Source: Azolla caroliniana | Taxonomy: Eukaryota; Plantae; Polypodiophyta | Assembly: GCA_043228905.1 (NCBI GenBank) | Contig: JBHGNT010000014.1 | Location: 17,856,001 to 17,920,000 of the forward strand | DNA length: 64,000 bases | Direction of reading: 5' to 3' | In this document: in pieces, positions 1 through 11,900 of the stretch | Numbering within the stretch: the stretch's first letter is position 1 | Layout of the letters: the number at the start of each line of letters is the position of its first letter | The notes under the pieces: model-generated | Databases searched by the model: none | What the model was told of the DNA's origin: nothing | Seen by the model: the letters and a program-made list of their open reading frames with translations, nothing else | Position numbers and translations under genes: made by a program

Positions 1-2950
1 CGTTATGGTACATGCTTTGTAGTTCTGATAAGGGGTCAAACCATGAGCAAGTTGCCTTAGAAACTTGCTTGAGAGTCATATTCACAAGGATGCCCACGGT
101 GAGGCTAAATGAAATAGTGATCGATAAACGTTGTACATCATATAATGTCATAACTAATGTGGTTGCAACAGACCATCAATCTTGGATTGTTGCAAATGGG
201 CAAAGGTCGCAAAGACATTGGTGACTTTTGTTGTGTTAGTTTCACACCAAAAAATCATGAGTGGAGAACTTGTTGCCAAAAGTAAGTGCAATTGAGAGAA
301 CCCATCTTTATCAATGAATGTGCCAACTCATGCAATGCATTACTGAATCCGCACTCAATGTGATGTGTGAGGAGTTAAAGTTAGAATATGCAGACAAGCC
401 TGGTGTTTTGCAATATATAGGAGGATGGTGTGGTTTGACATGTGCACGGAGGAAACTTTGGCCCAAGTTTGGTAGAATGTTAAACTACAGACATGTTGAA
501 ACTACCAATATTGTAGAAATACATTGGCAATTTATCAAGTATACTACCTTGAGAGGAAGAATAAACCGATAATTACCAACCTTGTGCATGTCTTAATTGG
601 GGACAGTGAAACTGGCACTTGCATCGGTGGAACGGTCGTAGAGTGGTACAAGCAACGATAAGAAATATGTGAGAGTGGTTGATTTTTACCCCGTGCAAAT
701 TGTAGGGATCAAAGTTCCCGACTTAAAGAGGCTGAGAGAATATTGGAAAGGTATGTCGACGGTACTTCCACAATGCACATTGTGGATGAGGCCCGATATT
801 GGTTTAGAATCTTGAGCATGATGACTCCCACTCTATGGTATAATGTCTCACTCCAATGTTCATATTGTGATTGCCAAGACCTTGCAAGTAAATGTAAGTA
901 TTTCTAACATTCACCGAGATGGAATCTAACATCCAATAGATTTCTACTGGGGATCATCAGAGCATGGGATGTAATCAAGATTTTTTTACACAAGGAGATG
1001 CCTAACACGTGGGATGGTTGGATGAATCAACCGCTTTTGGCTAATTCTCTCGTCCGGGATTCTATTGGAAATGTATTGGGCCTTAGACCTCGTCTTGCAT
1101 GGGGAAAACTTGACAATGGGCCAACAACATCAGTAGGATCCTGGATTCATTTTCAGAAGATGCTAGAAAGTGGATCGGCTTAAGCAATTACACTCGATAT
1201 ATGGGGCGAAGACAATGACAATGGATATTTCAATAGCCTTCTCTCAGGCCTCAACGCGACTTCAACCAATGCAGAAGCATATGTGGTTTAGTTGCCTTAC
1301 AAATGGCATGATGCTCTTTGTTAAAGGAATTTCTACATACAGGTGTATTTTTTATTTCCATATTCAACAGGATAATAAATTGCAGCCTTATACACCCTCT
1401 GATAATTTGCTACAAAACCTACTCGTTGTTCCAGTTAGGGTGATTACCAAAACTGGTAAGAAATGGCTCTTGGATCCACAACCGTCAATAGCCCATTTGT
1501 GGGATATGCTTTGGTTATATGCACGGCAACCAGTTAATAAGCTAATGTGGGACTTAGGGGGATGGTCTTGGACTAGTCCCATGATGGATCCAATGCAGAA
1601 AGTTCCGTTTTTTAGTATACTGTGAATTTTGGTAGAAACTTACTCATGTCTAAGAATATTCTAACTCCTGTGGCTCAAAAGCACTGGAATAAGTGGGGTG
1701 TTTCAAGCAATCATTTGAAGGCTTATTGGAAATGGATTTGGTCTTTTAGGGGACCAACAAAATACACTCTCTTCAGATGGCTTTTACTACATGTAGCACT
1801 ACCAATAGGTCAGTCTTTGAAAGGAAACGTGGCACCCGTTCTTAGACAATGTAGTTATATTGTGGTGACTTGCAGGAAATTACCAAGCATGCTCTCTGGT
1901 CCTGTTTACTAGCCCAACAGGTATGGAATAAAGTTCTTTCTTTATTCCTGACAATTAATGCAGGTTGCCTATTCTCCTGGGGATCAGCGGTATGGGGGGT
2001 TCTCCATTCTAGTCTCTTATTGTATGAGGCAGATGATGCTCTAGAGGCTAAGACATTCATCAACAAGCATCTAATATATGTCTCCCCTTTTCAGCAACCT
2101 CAAAAGCAAATGCATGCATCCCATGTATGGAAAACAATATCCACGGTTACATTATGGACCTTTTGGAAGTATCGGTGCAAAAGAGGATATGATTCCATAA
2201 TTCCCTTTCTCTCAGATATATTGCCAGAATTATGGGAGAGCTTATTGGCGGCAGTGCGTGGGCAATATGACAATATGTCGGGCTCTCCGGAGGTTGTTCT
2301 TAAGAAAAGGAAAAAATTACAGCAGTGATAGAGGAAGTTGTCTCAGATATTCACGGTGTCCTCTCAAGGACCAATCTGGAGATATCATCACCCCTGGCCC
2401 TTCCCCTGATTATCCTGTTTGTATATAACACTCTCTAATTGTACAATTTGTAGCCTTTCAACGTTTTTTTCTTAATACTAATAAAGGAAATCTTTTTGGA
2501 AAAAAGACGAAGTAAATGTAAATATTTACTCGGCATCCGAAGATTATTAAGAGGCACATGCCACATTTATGTGGCTCGTTCCCTTTTATGGATCACATGA
2601 CCCAAATGCGCATGGACCACAATATAGAAATAGAAGTGGAGACAGAGATAGAAGGAGTTGGGGAGACAAACCCCACAACATCAGAGATGGAATCATGTAA
2701 GTCCAAAATACAAATGGTTGAGGAAGCTATTCAATGTCTCAAGCAAGGGTAGGGTCCTTCGATCATGCAACTATTTTGGAATGTATGTACAAACATAGGA
2801 AGATGTGACTGAAAAGGTGCATCACGTTAGTGCACCGAAATCAACCAATGAAGAAGATGGCAGATCAATAAGTCGCAACCAACAAATCGGTGCCAAAAGA
2901 AACACAACAATAGACATCTTGCAATAACTTATTGGTAGTTCCCCAAACAC
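1..2950 (+). mobile_element. Decayed Mutator-like (MULE) transposase with SWIM zinc finger, interrupted by a LINE
   Basis: Fragments such as YRHVETTNIVEIHWQFIKYTTLRGRIN (318-572) resemble the MULE TNN.VE motif. YNVSLQCSYCDCQDLASKCK|YLLGIRRII reads as a SWIM finger once the LINE at 904-2509 is removed. Many stops and frameshifts; right end approximate. Confidence 0.55.
904..2509 (+). mobile_element. 5'-truncated L1/Tx1-like LINE (3' part of ORF2)
   Basis: Flanked by an 18-bp TSD with 1 mismatch (AAGTAAATGTAAGTATTT 886-903; AAGTAAATGTAAATATTT 2510-2527). AATAAA and an A-rich tail at about 2480-2508. zf-RVT-like text (YWKWIWSF...LFRWLLLHVALP...HALWSC), with stops and frameshifts. Confidence 0.8.
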
Positions 2951-3176
2951 TTCCAAATCCTACATGGGAAAACTATAAAGAGGTACAAGTCGGGCTAGGA
3001 GGTGATTGCCAATATGTGACCAGGAGAAGACTTCAAGGGACTTGATTGTTACATGTTGTAAAAATTGTGGTTGCATTTTGCCATCATCCTGACATGAGCC
3101 ATAATCTTAATATGTAACATGTGTATTCATATTCCATTTTAGGGTTTTTGGCTTGTATTATTCCCATTGTCAACAT

Positions 3177-3370
3177 TTGACAGAGCCAAGCTCTTGGTGG
3201 TAGAGGTTATCAGACAACGGGGCTCCCGGTGACAAGGTTGGGCTCCTGGTGACAGAGGTTGTCAGACAACGAGGCTCCTTGTGACAGAGTTGGGCTTCGG
3301 GTGACAGAGGCTATTAGATAGCGGGACTCCTTGTGATAGAGTCAGGCTCTTGATGACAGACGTTGTCAGC
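3177..3370. repeat. Degenerate ~52-bp (21+31) GTGACAGAG/GGCTCC minisatellite
   Basis: Recurring gtgacagag...ggctcc units, visible directly. Confidence 0.7.
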
Positions 3371-3649
3371 TTTTTATCCACATCGAACGGTGCAGATCGC
3401 ACATGCCCTCAACTAAGCAACCTGCATAGTCTGTGCCCATGATTCCCTCACTTGCCCTCTTTAATGTTTGGTAGCAGTTTGTAATGGCTTTACATTGTTA
3501 CAACTTACAAGATGCCCCTCTCCATATCATATACATACATTATTACATATATAGGTTATGTAGGTAGAGATTCTAGAGAAGACTAAAGTTCTCTAAAGAT
3601 TAATAGCTTTGCCAAGATGTCCCTCTCCCTACGAGGCAGGTAGGTAGGA

Positions 3650-3805
3650 AGGTACAAGAATGAATAGGAAAACCCTAATAGGTACACAATGAGTTGGAAA
3701 ACCCTAATATGTAGGTAGGTACAAGAATGAATAGGAAAACCCTAATAGGTACAAGAATGAGTAGGAAAACCCTAATAAGTACAAGAATGAGTAGGAAAAC
3801 CCTAT
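3650..3805 (+). repeat. 30-bp tandem repeat GTACAAGAATGAGTAGGAAAACCCTAATAG containing the telo-box AAACCCTAA, upstream of P450 copy 1
   Basis: About 5 units visible; paralogous array at 22166-22395. Confidence 0.85.
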
Positions 3806-3858
3806 TTCACAACAAAGAGAGAGTCATGAAATACTTGGGATGCAAGGAGAAAATGGTG

Positions 3859-3889
<31 letters not shown>

Positions 3890-4493
3890 GGAGGAGGAGA
3901 TGGAGATGGAGATGGAGATGGTTGAGAGAGAGAGAGAGAGAGACGTAGATTGAAGCTTTCCTGTGGGGCACAAGGCAATGGCGTATAACAGACAGACTGA
4001 CAGACTGACAGACTGACAGACTCGGTCAAGGAATTGAGAACTTAAGAAACAGGACACCACATCATGGCTCACGTAATTCAGGTTTTCTCTTTTTGGCTTT
4101 ATATTTTTTGCACTATAAATGATTGGAGCTCTCCCGTGGGGCACAAGGGAATGGCGTATAACAGACAGACAGACAGACTCGGTCAAGGGATTGCGAACTT
4201 GAGGAACAGGACACCACACCATGGCTCATCTAATTCAGGTTTTTTCTTTTTACTTTATACTTTTTGCACTATAAAGGATTTGATCGCCAAAGAAGACAAA
4301 ACAACAAAAACCAGAATAACAGAATCCATAAGCTACTAATATAATAGAGACATTGAGGGTTATTAATCCTCCATTTAATCATTACTGTAATCTCTTCTCA
4401 TAATTGGCTTCTTGATTGGATTGGATTTGATTTGGTTCAATCAATCTTCTCATAATTGGCTTCTTGATTTGATTTGATTAGGTTCAATCTATA

Positions 4494-7446
4494 ATGGAGC
4501 TTCCATCTCCAACCTTATCAATCCTATTGTCCAAAGATGCCCTGCTTTCGCTGCTGCTCGTGTTCGTGGCTTCGCTCCTCTACAGTCTCTGGGGAGCATT
4601 CGGCTCGAATTGGTGGAGCCAGCGCCGGATAAGGCGGATGTTTCAGTTCCAAGGTATACCGTGCCTCCCGGGCCGATTCATCTATGGAGACCTCCCCGAA
4701 TTGGTCGAGCTCGGGAAGGAAGCCCAAAAATTGCCCATGCCAGAGATCACCCATGACATCACCTCCCGAATCCAGCCCCACCTCCATGTCTGGAATAAGA
4801 GATATGGTAATAATCTCCATGACAGTTTTGCTTAAGCCTTCTATTCTCTAACCTCCCTTTTTACAGGATTAAGAATTCCCCTTTCAATCACTGATTGCAT
4901 AAGTTTATTGTTATCATAAGCATCATTACATGGTATGATCCTTGTTCAGGTAAGCCATTTGTATATTGGAATGGATCTCGAGCTCGATTCACCCTAACCC
5001 ACCCGCAACAAGCCAAGGAAGTGCTCTCCACAAAATTTGGCCACTACAGAAAGGCTAAAATAAGGCCAGACGCCAAAGATTTGATCGGGGGAGGATTGGT
5101 GGGACTTGAGGGCGAGAAATGGGCTCAGCATCGCCGTATCATGAACCCAGCTTTCTTCCACGAGAAGCTCAAGGTTGGTTTTCCCATTAATCTTGTTGTG
5201 CAATCCATGGTGAGATAAGGTAATATGTGAATGTGGAATGGAAAGGGGTAAATTTGTGTGATATTTGGACAGGTTATGCTACCTACAATGGCATCATGTA
5301 CGAAGTTAGGGTAAATTCTATTATGAAAAGGATCACACTGTGTGATATTTGGACGGGTTATGTAGCCTACAATGGCATCATGTACGAATTTAGGGTAAAT
5401 TCTATTATGAAAAGGATCACATTGTGTGATATTTGGACAGGATATGTTACCTACAATGGCATCATGTACAAATTTAGAGTAAATTTTATTATGAAAAGGA
5501 TCACATTGTGTTATATTTGGACAGGATATGTTACCTACAATGGCATCATGTACAAATTTAGAGTAAATTTTATTATGAAAAGGATCACATTGTGTGATTT
5601 TTGGACAATCCATGGTGAGATAAGGCAATATGTGAATGTGGAATGGAAAGGGGTAAATTTGTGTGATATGCACAGGGTATGTTGCCTACAATGGCATCAT
5701 GTACGAAGTTAGGGTAAATTCTATTATGAAAAGGATCACATTGTGTGATTTTTGGACAGGTTATGTTACCTACAATGGCGTCATGTACGGCTACAATGAT
5801 GGAGCAATGGAAGCTTGGCCCAGTAGCACAAGGCCACGGTATAGATGTCCATACTGAGTTCAAGCGCTTAACCGCAGATATCATTGCTCACACGGCTTTC
5901 GGAAGCAGCTATGCAGAGGGCAAGCGTGTCTTCGAATTGCAACATGAACAGCAAATCATAGTGAATAAAGCATTTAACACTGTCTACATCCCGGGGATGA
6001 GGTATTTTAAGAAGATTTATCTCACACACATATATCAAGCCGTATCAGTTGTTCTTTGGAAATTTAAATAGATCAGGATGCCGCTGCATTTATGTCTTTT
6101 GATATTTTTTCTTTTCCGGATATATTGCTTGATTTGCTCGAATGTATTGCATACAAAAAATGGATGCAGATTTATTCCAACTGCATTCAATCGTTATCGT
6201 TGGAAGCTGAACCGCGAGATCAATGGAATCCTCACGAAGCTCATCAAAGGCCGTTTAGATTCGGCGGCCAAGATGGGCCACGGACCAGATTCATATGGCA
6301 CAGACTTACTTGGCCTCATGATGGCATCTAACCAAGGGGAGCTCAAGGGCAACCAGCAGAACCTGTTAAGAATGGGTATCCCTGAAATCATCGGAGAATG
6401 CAAGACTTTCTTCTTCGCAGGCCATGAGACGACAGCCACGCTCCTCCCATGGGCATGCCTTCTGCTCGCAACACATCCCGAATGGCAAGATCGAGCGAGG
6501 GAGGAGATAGTTGCGCTATGTGGCAAGAGCCCGGATGTAATTCCTTCGATGGAGGCAATGAACCAAATGAAGATCGTAAGTAATAATGTTGAAGAAAGTT
6601 TAAACCCTAAAACACCTCTAACCCCGAAACCCTAATAAACCCCTAACCTCAAAACCTTGATAAACCCCTAAACCCTAAACCTTAATAGATCCCTAACCCC
6701 TGAACCCTAATAAAAACCCCTAAACCCTAAACCTTAATTGATCCCTAACCCCTGAACCCTAATAAAAACCCCTAAACCCTAATAAACCCCTAACCCTTGA
6801 CTCATAAACCTTAATAAACCCCTAAACGCAAAACTCTAATAAACCCCTAACCCCTAACCCCCAAACATTAATAAACCCCCCTAAACCCGGTTCGACATAA
6901 TTAGGGTTTGTTTGATTACCTATGTCTTGATTATTATGTATTCTTAATGGAAAATTTGAGCAGTCAAGACCAATCTTGGGTAATCTATACAATTGACAGG
7001 TGACCATGGTGCTGAATGAGACGATGAGGCTATACCCCCCGATCGTGGCGATGACGAGGATGGTGGAGAAGGACACGAGGCTGGGAGGAGTGGAGGAGGA
7101 GGATACGGTGGTGATACCGGCAGGGACGGAGATAGGGTTGCCGGTGCTCATGTGGCATCATGAGGTGGAGTATTGGGGGCACGATGCAGATGAGTTCCGG
7201 CCGGAGCGGTTTGAGGGAGGGGTGGCCAAGGCGTGCCAGGTGTCGGGGGCGTACCTCCCGTTCTCCACGGGGCCGAGGGTTTGTATCGGGCAAGGGTTCG
7301 CGATGATGGAGGCGAAGATGGTGTTGGCCGCCATCCTACGGAGCTTCCGCTTCCATTTGTTGCCCTCGTACCGCCATGCCCCCGCCATTGTGGTCACCTT
7401 GCAACCACAATTCGGGATGCAGATCACCTTCACCCATCTTAACTAG
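4494..7446 (+). CDS. Cytochrome P450, CYP72 clan, copy A; exons 4494-4806, 4950-5173, 5760-6001, 6170-6575, 7000-7446; 543 aa
   Basis: All introns GT-AG with consistent phases. N-terminal membrane anchor, WAQHRR (WxxxR), AGHETT I-helix, ETMR (ExxR), FRPERF and heme motif FSTGPRVCIG. The five-exon layout is typical of the CYP72 clan; family number not assignable by eye. Confidence 0.93.
5201..5790 (+). repeat. 84-bp tandem array of duplicated 3' splice site plus exon-3 start inside P450-A intron 2
   Basis: Unit ...TTTGGACAG|GTTATGCTACCTACAATGGCATCATGTAC... with exon-like starts at 5273, 5357 (AG mutated to GG), 5441, 5525, 5676 and the true start at 5760. Confidence 0.92.
6600..6890 (+). repeat. 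Degenerate plant telomere-like (CCCTAAA) tract in P450-A intron 4
   Basis: Dense AAACCCTAA/AACCCCTAA units. Confidence 0.85.
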
Positions 7447-7882
7447 TGCCTCTTCTCTCTCTCTCTCTCTCTTAATCGGAAATGTATGTTATTCAAACAA
7501 GATGATAATAGAACCGTTGCTATCTCCACTTACTTCATTAGTAGCTATATGGCAAGGTAACCCCTCTCAAGTGTTGTAATACTAGATTTTGTCGAGTATG
7601 TATATTATGGCAAGGTAACCCCCCTCAAGTGTTGTAATACAAGATGCTCTCGCTCTTTCTCTCTCTGTCTCTTTTTTTTAATCGTAATTAGCTTACCCTA
7701 GTGGTAAGTTGTTACAACGCATGTATTACATCTTGGTTACAAAATCTAATTTTCTCACCTCTCTATTACATATCTCTTAATTCACTAGATGCCATTGTGG
7801 GCAGTATGGGTTGAACCCATGAACTCATGATCTCCATTGGGCAACATTACCAATTGGGGTACATCCTTCCTAGCTTTCTCAG

Positions 7883-7918
<36 letters not shown>

Positions 7919-8064
7919 ATAATATTTGACCTCCGAAGTCGATAATAAACTCTCTGTCTTTGTCTCTCCCCTCCCCCCTTTAGCCATGCACCTTCTATGA
8001 ACATCATATTGTTTTTAGGGATACTCGTTATGTACAACTTTTATATATGTATGTATGTGTAGAG

Positions 8065-8925
8065 CATGGTTGTTTATGTGTACCCGTATTTAACATTTAA
8101 ATACGTATAGTACCTCATAATTTGCATAGCATGTACTATACCTCAATGTTGTTCAGTCAAATATCATGTACATTTTTCCAATCTGATATTTAATGTACAT
8201 TTGAATAAACAAGTATAATACGTATTTATAAAAAAACGAAAGTAAAATCCCATAAAAAAGCAAAAGAAAAAAATAGATTTTAGTGAAAAAGAACAGAAGA
8301 GATGACGAAGAAAAAGAAGAAAAAGAGAGAAAAGAAGATAGAAACTTGTCTTGACTTTGACTGTGATAATCACAGAAGATAGAAGATGAAGATGAAGATA
8401 AGAGAGAAGAAGAGAGAAACAATGAGTGTGATAATCACAGAAGATAGAAGATGAAGATGAAGATAAGAGAGAAGAAGAGAGAAACAATGAGTGTGATAAT
8501 CATAGACGATTCCAGAATCTAAGAAGGCATAATCGTAAATGATTACAATTTGAAATAGAACATCGTGATACACACTTACACCGATTTATAGAACAAGTGA
8601 ATGTCAACATCCATATTATAAGTTTTTTAGCATGTGAACTGTTCAAATGTCTTATATGCAATTTAGGATGTAGAACTATAATGTATATCACAAAATTGTG
8701 TAAACATAGATGTTTTTACAATATTACAAATATTTTTTAGAAAGGTAAATAATTTTTAAATTCTAGAAGTATTTAACGTACTATACGTAAAATACGTATT
8801 TTATAAGTATTTAACCTATTAAAAAACGTATTTAACGTATTTTAAAATTGGGAGGTACTATACGCGTATTAATACGTTATATATGTATGGTATCTGCATT
8901 TTATTTAATGTACCTAACTCCCTTG
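8065..8925. mobile_element. hAT-type non-autonomous element (MITE)
   Basis: 8-bp TSD GTGTAGAG (8057-8064, 8926-8933) and CA...TG ends with imperfect TIRs. Absent at the homologous site of duplication copy 2 (single GTGTAGAG at 25591). Confidence 0.8.
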
Positions 8926-9299
8926 GTGTAGAGATATACGTATTCTTTCTCTTGTAGTTTGGTCCCCAATATACATATTGTATCCATACTATATCTAACG
9001 TACCTAACTCCCTTGGTGTAGAGATATACGTATTCTTTCTCTTGTAGTTTGGTCCCAAATATTATGTCTTTCTAAATTAAAAAAACATGTTTTTTGAGTT
9101 CCTAATAATTGGATCATGGAAACTAGATTTCTCATCTACAAAATTATTAAATCTCGCTAATTCTGAGACTTTATTATGTACTCTACGATCTCGTAATTGA
9201 AAAGGAAATTAGAACCATGTGCTTATGATTCAACGCGTGTCCTAATCTGCTTTGACCTTTGTTGGCATATGTATGTATATGTTCCGATGCTCGCATGCC

Positions 9300-11900
9300 G
9301 AAGTCTAAATTTGAAGGAGTTTTAGTTTTGTAGCTCGATGTGAAAATGCCTTAGTTTTTTGGTTCCCGAGCATAGACATTGGGACACATTAAACATGAGC
9401 TACAAAAAGCTTGTTTGCCAATATAGATTCTGATCTAAAGATAATATTGAGTAATATATAGCTGTAGAGTTGCATTTGAAACCATTTTCGAGGTGACTCA
9501 CCATTGCCAACCTAATCTTTTGGCAACATGCATGTGTTTTTGTTCATGACACTAGCTTTGAAAAACCATCAACCCACACTAGTGTTGTATATGCATAATT
9601 TGGATCCCGTGTCTTTTCATCAACTAAATCTGGTAGGATATTAGTAACACTTGAATGAAACATGATGAATGTTGTGATTTAGTTTTGGATTCCAAGATAA
9701 CCGTATGCATGATTGATTATCAAATTAAAATGTAGGCCTTTGAAAAATCAAATAAATTTAAGTTCTTGAAGGATAGAATAGATCCATGTTCCTTCTTTGG
9801 CACCAATTGTGACACAACTACATATTCCACTAAAGCAACTTTTAGTTTGCTTCTTTTGATCACCATGCAACAACTCCAACAAGACAAACAATATAACCAC
9901 CAGTTGACTTATGGATGAAAATGTCTTCCTATAATCAAAGTCTTTCCATCCTCATAATTGTATTGGGTGGGTTTGTCCATTGATCAAGGTTCATCTCAAT
10001 GGTCTTTGATCGTGACCTAGTGTAAGTCAAGGCCACATCTTTTCTGTGCTTCATATGTAGTGCATCAACCTCTTAAAGTTTTAGGCCCTTTCATTGCGAC
10101 TCACTTCAACAAACCTTGTGTTGAGCTCTTGCAATAAACTCTCGAACACTAGAGAATTCAAAGAGTTCTCTTTTGGGAACGTTATATAGGTGTGAACTCA
10201 TACCACAATGGTTGACAAATTTTTCATGGGATTTCATCACGATAGAACTCCTAGAATTCTATTGTCTAGAGCTCTTGCACATGAAAAACCTCGTTTGTGA
10301 AGAATGTTTACATGATTCTTGGAAGAGGATGTAACTAGCAAAACTACTACTCATCTCGTTAGATGACATTGCTACTGTGGATGAGACGTTCTGTTAAGAG
10401 TATGTAGCTGGTCACAACCGGTCAACACGTACAAAATAAGAGGCACAAGAATCACGACAACCAAGAAACAACAAACACAGATATTTTAATGTGGAAAACC
10501 CTAAATGGGAAAAATCACGAGAGTCCGCAAACTCCAAAACTAGATCACTATAGTAGGAAGGATTACAATAGGAGACTCTAAGGCAACAACCTTGATCTCG
10601 TCTTCGTCTGATGATGGTTACAGACACTGTGATACACTCTACAACTCCATCTCCCTCAATAGCCACCACTATTCAACTATAATCACCACACTATCATAAC
10701 TACTTGTCGTAACAATATTTATACTCATCTACATAGATGATTATTTACAAATATAGCCAGTCGTATTTGGTCGATTCAGCTATTAGCTGAATTGGTTATC
10801 GATCGATTATCGGTCAGTCGATTTTTCGGCTATTGACTTATTCAACTTATATCTCCAGTCGGTGCTAAATTGGCTCCTAGTGATCCGACTTCTTGTGCAA
10901 AATCCAAATTGTGTTCTTCCCATCTAGAGGGACCAGTTTTCCCAACACGTTCAACACTGGCCCTCCTGCTTGTTTATTTAACATCATGTGCAAGTTTGGT
11001 TACCCGAATTTAGGCCCGGCTCTAGTTTGTGGGAAGTCACTATGGTTCCACAAAATAGTATGACCTTGGCTCTTAAGCCCGCCACATTTAGAAAAGGTGC
11101 TAGACTTGCTCCCCAGTTTAAAGAATATCCAACTACCCTTTGAATTCCTCGAGCCACCATTGGTTTGCCAAAGCTCATGATGGATGGGAACCCCATGAAG
11201 TACCTCCTCTTTCATGCTTACTACCTTTTCTAGACCACCATGTAATTGATGGCCAAGCATGCAATGTGGGAAAGAATCCCCTCCAAGCTTGTCTAGAGTT
11301 AGGGGTAGGAACTAGGGCACAACTACAAGAACACTCACATGTCTTGATGTGGCATATGCAAAGGGGAGAAAGATGCCAAAATGCCAAGTTGCGCAAGAGG
11401 TTGGGGGTCAAAGAAAATGAGAGAATATGAGGATTAAAATAATATCAAAATATAGTTCAAATGATGAAAGTTATGCATTGGAACAACAAAGGTGAAGGGT
11501 TTGATATCCACTAAAGTGAGATGGAGGGGAAAATGATTTGGAATGCTTGAGTGAGGATGGGAAAATGTGTCATAAATATGAACATGATAATGCACTACTT
11601 TTATTTGGCAAAGGAGCTCCAAAATGCCATAAAATAAGTAAGACAACTCATTGTTGAGTTTGTATATTTAGGGATTCAAAAGTCCAAACTTCAACAAGAA
11701 ACCATACTCCAGTAGTGAATCACAAGAGCACGTGGGAGGCCCACAATCACCAAGGCAACATGGTCATTGATAGACTTGCCACGTTGAGAATCAAGGATTA
11801 ACCCCCCAACTCCTTGTTGGAGATTGAGACCGTAAGTGTGGAAACATGAACAACAACACGAGATGAAGAGCACCAAGTTTATGAGAAAGGATGCAAAGGC
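9300..11900 (-). mobile_element. Highly degenerate Ty1/copia pol remnant (paralogous copy at about 25870-27190)
   Basis: The paralogous copy translates as copia RNase H-like VAIGAKEGIWIYSILQEL (26335-26586, minus strand). No intact ORF; ends approximate. Confidence 0.5.
10392..10947 (-). mobile_element. Solo LTR (copia)
   Basis: TG...CA ends, 5-bp TSD CGTTC (10387-10391, 10948-10952), and the conserved GTGGAAAACCC...GGGAAAAATCACG LTR motif. Absent from duplication copy 2. Confidence 0.88.

Larger units (their letters stand above)
3575..11500 (+). repeat. Copy 1 of a local segmental duplication carrying the P450 (copy 2 at about 22085-27190)
   Basis: Upstream repeats, the gene, the 3' flank and a copia relic are colinear between the two regions. 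Copy 1 has extra inserts (8065-8925, 10392-10947). Boundaries approximate. Confidence 0.85.

Noticed and set aside
5125-5712. 161-aa and 182-aa repetitive ORFs on both strands
   Set aside because: By-products of the 84-bp (multiple of 3) intronic repeat; no independent gene signals.
5201-5790. CRISPR-like regular array
   Set aside because: Contiguous tandem units without unique spacers, in a eukaryotic intron, with no cas genes.
6600-6890. True telomere or chromosome-fusion scar
   Set aside because: Short, degenerate, single orientation, and inside an intron of an intact gene in both paralogs.
6194-7442. Antisense and alternate-frame ORFs over P450 exons (also 24237-25362)
   Set aside because: Expected shadows of GC-rich coding sequence.
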